A DNA stretch of 63,853 nt, the filler included, from Cystobasidiomycetes sp. EMM_F5 (Eukaryota), in the NCBI GenBank assembly GCA_051047955.1. It is 7 parts of 7 records of this genome, joined end to end, with 100 filler letters (N's around TTAATTAATTAA, not from the genome) between each part and the next. Parts side by side here need not be neighbours in the genome. Positions count along the whole stretch, not along the records: positions 57,034 to 63,853 come from JBPGPT010000083.1; 6 more parts are not named here. The stretch is one strand, 5' to 3'. Numbering within the stretch: the stretch's first letter is position 1; each line of letters begins with the position of its first letter. Made by a program: the position numbers and the translations under genes. Positions 60,967 through 63,853 of this stretch are shown in pieces. The notes beneath the pieces were generated by a model. The model searched no databases and was not told the DNA's origin. It saw only the letters and a list, made by a program, of their open reading frames with translations.

Positions 60967-61655
60967 AAAATCCTTTTAATACCAAAGCGTTAAAACCTCC
61001 CTTTTAAATAAAGACCTTAAAAAATCCTTTTAATACTTTTCAGGACGCAGGTTTATTATTTGAGTTTTCAGGGCTCTAGTTTTTCGTTGCTGAGTTTGTT
61101 GAATATGTTGCTGAGTTTGTTGAATAAACTTCAACAATAACCTCAGCAAATTCAACAAAGGGGCCCGTTCTTTATTAATCATAAATAATGCCCCTGAAAA
61201 AGGCCCTGAAAATGGATTCTTATACCTTCCTATTATTTTAATTTTTTTATTGGTTAAAATTGTTGCTGACTTCTTATCAAGCGCCTGAATCTTTATTTTT
61301 ATAAAGATTCAGCAGCTTGATAAAGCAACAATGGAATCTAAAAAAGAACTTACAATCAAGCCTGAGAAGAAATCGAAAGGAATCTAAAAAGAACTTACAA
61401 TCAAGCTTGAGAAGAAATCGAGTTATAAAGGTTATTCGCTTTAATATTGACCATTGCTGAGGCCTTATCAAGCAGAGCTTGATAAGGCAGCAAGGGTCAA
61501 TATTCTTGCGTGTGAATTTTTTTTTATAAATATTCAGCAGCTTGATAAGGAATCTAAAAACAAGCTAATAATACGACCTCCTGGATTTTTAATTCGCAAG
61601 TTCGCAATAATATTTATTATTGCGAAACAAAAATAAGGGTCTTCACCGTAAGTCA

Positions 61656-61737
61656 GCAAAAGTGTTGAAATGGTAGCCAATCGAAGCTTAAGATTTCGTG
61701 ACATTATGTCGTGTGGGTTCAAGTCCCACCTTTTGCA
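61656..61737 (+). tRNA. trnL: Mitochondrial tRNA-Leu (TAA)
   Basis: Acceptor GCAAAAG/CTTTTGC; anticodon loop CTTAAGA; long variable arm GACAT-TATGTC. Confidence 0.88.
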
Positions 61738-61861
61738 TACAAATCGAAAAAAAAACCTTTTCTTTTTTTCGACGTAAAGTAACGTATAAGTAGATTATTA
61801 AATAACCACTTGTGCTTATAATGCATAAGTGAGTAATTATTTTAGGTTTTTTTTCATAAAA

Positions 61862-63580
61862 AATAAGAGTTTGGTCCTGGCTCAGCTTAAACGGTATCTA
61901 GCAGGTTAAGACATGCAAGTTGGTCCTTTTTTTCAGTCGATCTCTTTTTGAGGGTGGTTTTTACCCCCTTCAAAAAGATATCTGCTGAAATTCGAGGTAT
62001 TGGCGTAGAGGTGAGGATTGCTAAGTAGATACGACACAGTTTGTTCCGATTCATTTCCTTTTCAGAGGAATCTGAAAAAGTTAATCGAAACGAATCGGAA
62101 TGAGTTTCAATTGCTTTGCACCTAATAGGTAGTAGGACTTTGCGGTGTTTATTTTGGGTAGTTATAACCTGAATATTTGTATATATACTAGCAAAATAAT
62201 TATATATCGCAGGGGCTTTGCCATTTTTTATGGCAAAGAGAGGTAATAGCTCAACTAGCCAGAGATAGGTAGGAAAAAATAAACGTTTTTATCCCACAAC
62301 GGGTGTGAGATTCCCCCGGGGCATCATACGATGTACAGCAGTCACAAATCATTGTCAATGAGCCTAATCGCTTATTATTAATTTAATTTGTTTATCCTTG
62401 TGAAAAACAAGGTTAAGCCTAATAATAAGCAAGTAGCTTGAACATGCTAGCTAGAATCTAAATTAGATTTATATAGTTTAGACACTTATCTGCTCATTCG
62501 CAATAATATAGATTAAAGCGAAACAAAAGTAATAATGATACAAGGTAAGTGAAGTCCCTCCTAATCATCGTGCCAGCCGGAGCGGTTATACGATTGGGGC
62601 GACCGTTAAGCCACATACATATGCGTAAAGAGTGCGCAGGTCGCCGGTTTGGATGATAACATTAAAATTTTAATGTAATCATATAAACTGGCTAGATTCT
62701 AAAAGATGTAACTAGAACGGCTAGAGGAAGGATGAAATCTGTTGATCCTAGTTTGACTGCTAAAGGCGAAGGCAGGTTGCAAATAAAGAATGACATTGAG
62801 GCACGAAAGCGTGGGGAGTGACCTTGATTAGATACCAAGTTAATCCACGCTGTAAACGATGGGTATTAAGATTTTTGATCTAATGCAAACGCGATAAATA
62901 CCCCGCAACATTAGTATACCCGCAAGAGTGAAAATGAAAGGACTAGACGGTTTCAAAGACCCAGAGTGAAGCATGTTATTTAATGCGATGACCCACGCAA
63001 AACCTTACCATCGCTTGTATCCGGTTATTATATTTCATGATCATGAACTTAAATAGCTGTGACAGGTGTTGCATGGCTGTCTTCAATTCATGTCGCAAGA
63101 CTTAAGGTTAAGTCCGCTAATGAATGCAAACCCTACAGTTAAAAGGATAACATTAAAATTTTAATGTAAATCACTATAGATCTTAGCTGTTTGCCCCTTA
63201 TATAGGGGATATACTGGGACTAAGACAAGCCTTTATGACCCTTATGCGATGGGCTATAGACGTGCCGCAAAAACAATTACAGTATGATGCAATGTTGTAA
63301 AACATAGCTAAACATTAAAAATTGTTCAGTCCGAATTGTAGTCTGAAACTCGGCTACATGAAGAAGGAATTCTGAGTAATCGTGAATTAGTAGGTCACGG
63401 TGAAGTTTATATTTGAGATGTACTAACTGCACATCACACGAAGGGAGTGGTATGTTGCGAAAATAGGCTACTAGCTTTCATTTAAATATGAAACAAAGTA
63501 TCTTATGTGGTAACAGCCGTGACTTTTGTGAAGTTGTAACACGGATGCTGTACGGGAACGTGTAGCAGATGGATAAATTC
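61862..63580 (+). rRNA. rns: Mitochondrial small-subunit rRNA (ends approximate)
   Basis: AGAGTTTGGTCCTGGCTCAG, ACATGCAAGT, GTGCCAGCCG, ATTAGATACC, GCATGGCTGTC, GAAGTTGTAAC and a terminal helix. Confidence 0.95.
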
Positions 63581-63766
63581 TATAACCCCCTTATTTAACC
63601 ATTAAAAATCCTACAGTGAATACATTAAAAATTCTTTATAAGAATATATTAGATATATTCTTATAAAGAATTTTTAATGTGCATAACTTTTTTAGGTTAT
63701 CTAAAACCCGAACCCGGGTGTGAAAATCATGGTATTTTCAGGACGTATATTTATTATATGATTCTA

Positions 63767-63853
63767 TTTTTATCCTGAGTCTTCACCGTACTCTTTAATA
63801 TTTTTATCCTGAGTCTTCACCGTACTCTTTAATATTTTTATCCTGAGTCTTCA
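63767..63853 (+). repeat. 34-bp perfect tandem repeat (about 2.5 copies to the window end)
   Basis: Unit TTTTTATCCTGAGTCTTCACCGTACTCTTTAATA. Confidence 0.9.

Noticed and set aside
60600..61722. Short ORFs in the track within the mitochondrial contig
   Set aside because: Artefacts of standard-code translation over cob, repeats and trnL.
57034..63853. Mitochondrial genes next to nuclear DNA, read as a NUMT
   Set aside because: Separated by a spacer; the genes are intact in code 4, so this is most simply a mitogenome contig.

Overview
This window is a concatenation of seven unrelated contigs from a fungal assembly, joined by artificial 100-bp spacers (N44-TTAATTAATTAA-N44). The contigs are 1-13912, 14013-23225, 23326-32538, 32639-41455, 41556-49375, 49476-56933 and 57034-end. 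Short GT-AG introns, gene content and a TGA=Trp mitochondrial code point to a basidiomycete, plausibly Pucciniomycotina (inference). Contig 1 holds a solo LTR, two partial ornithine aminotransferase copies, a CSN12/PCID2-like gene and a GH16-GH16-GT2 cluster. Contig 2 holds a tandem family of small secreted proteins, tubulin cofactor A, a membrane protein, a 6PGD-like dehydrogenase and a carboxylesterase. Contig 4 holds a second small secreted pair, a Zn2Cys6 factor and an intradiol dioxygenase. Contig 5 holds an EXPERA/TMEM97-like gene, deletion-fused monooxygenase and SDR relics, and NPL4. Contig 7 is mitochondrial (trnF, cox3, trnI, cob, trnL, rns). Contigs 3 and 6 are two different Ty3/Gypsy chromoviruses, and they are the most striking part. 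Each carries, between pol and the polypurine tract, an antisense, intron-containing accessory gene with a Zn2Cys6-like six-cysteine motif. Each is also saturated with a short CCG/TCG-containing motif (CCGAAGT in element 1; CCGAA/TTCGG/TCGA in element 2) in leader, introns and even coding sequence. This is a candidate retrotransposon-encoded self-recognition (anti-silencing or regulatory) system. All gene models and family calls were made by eye; no database search was run.
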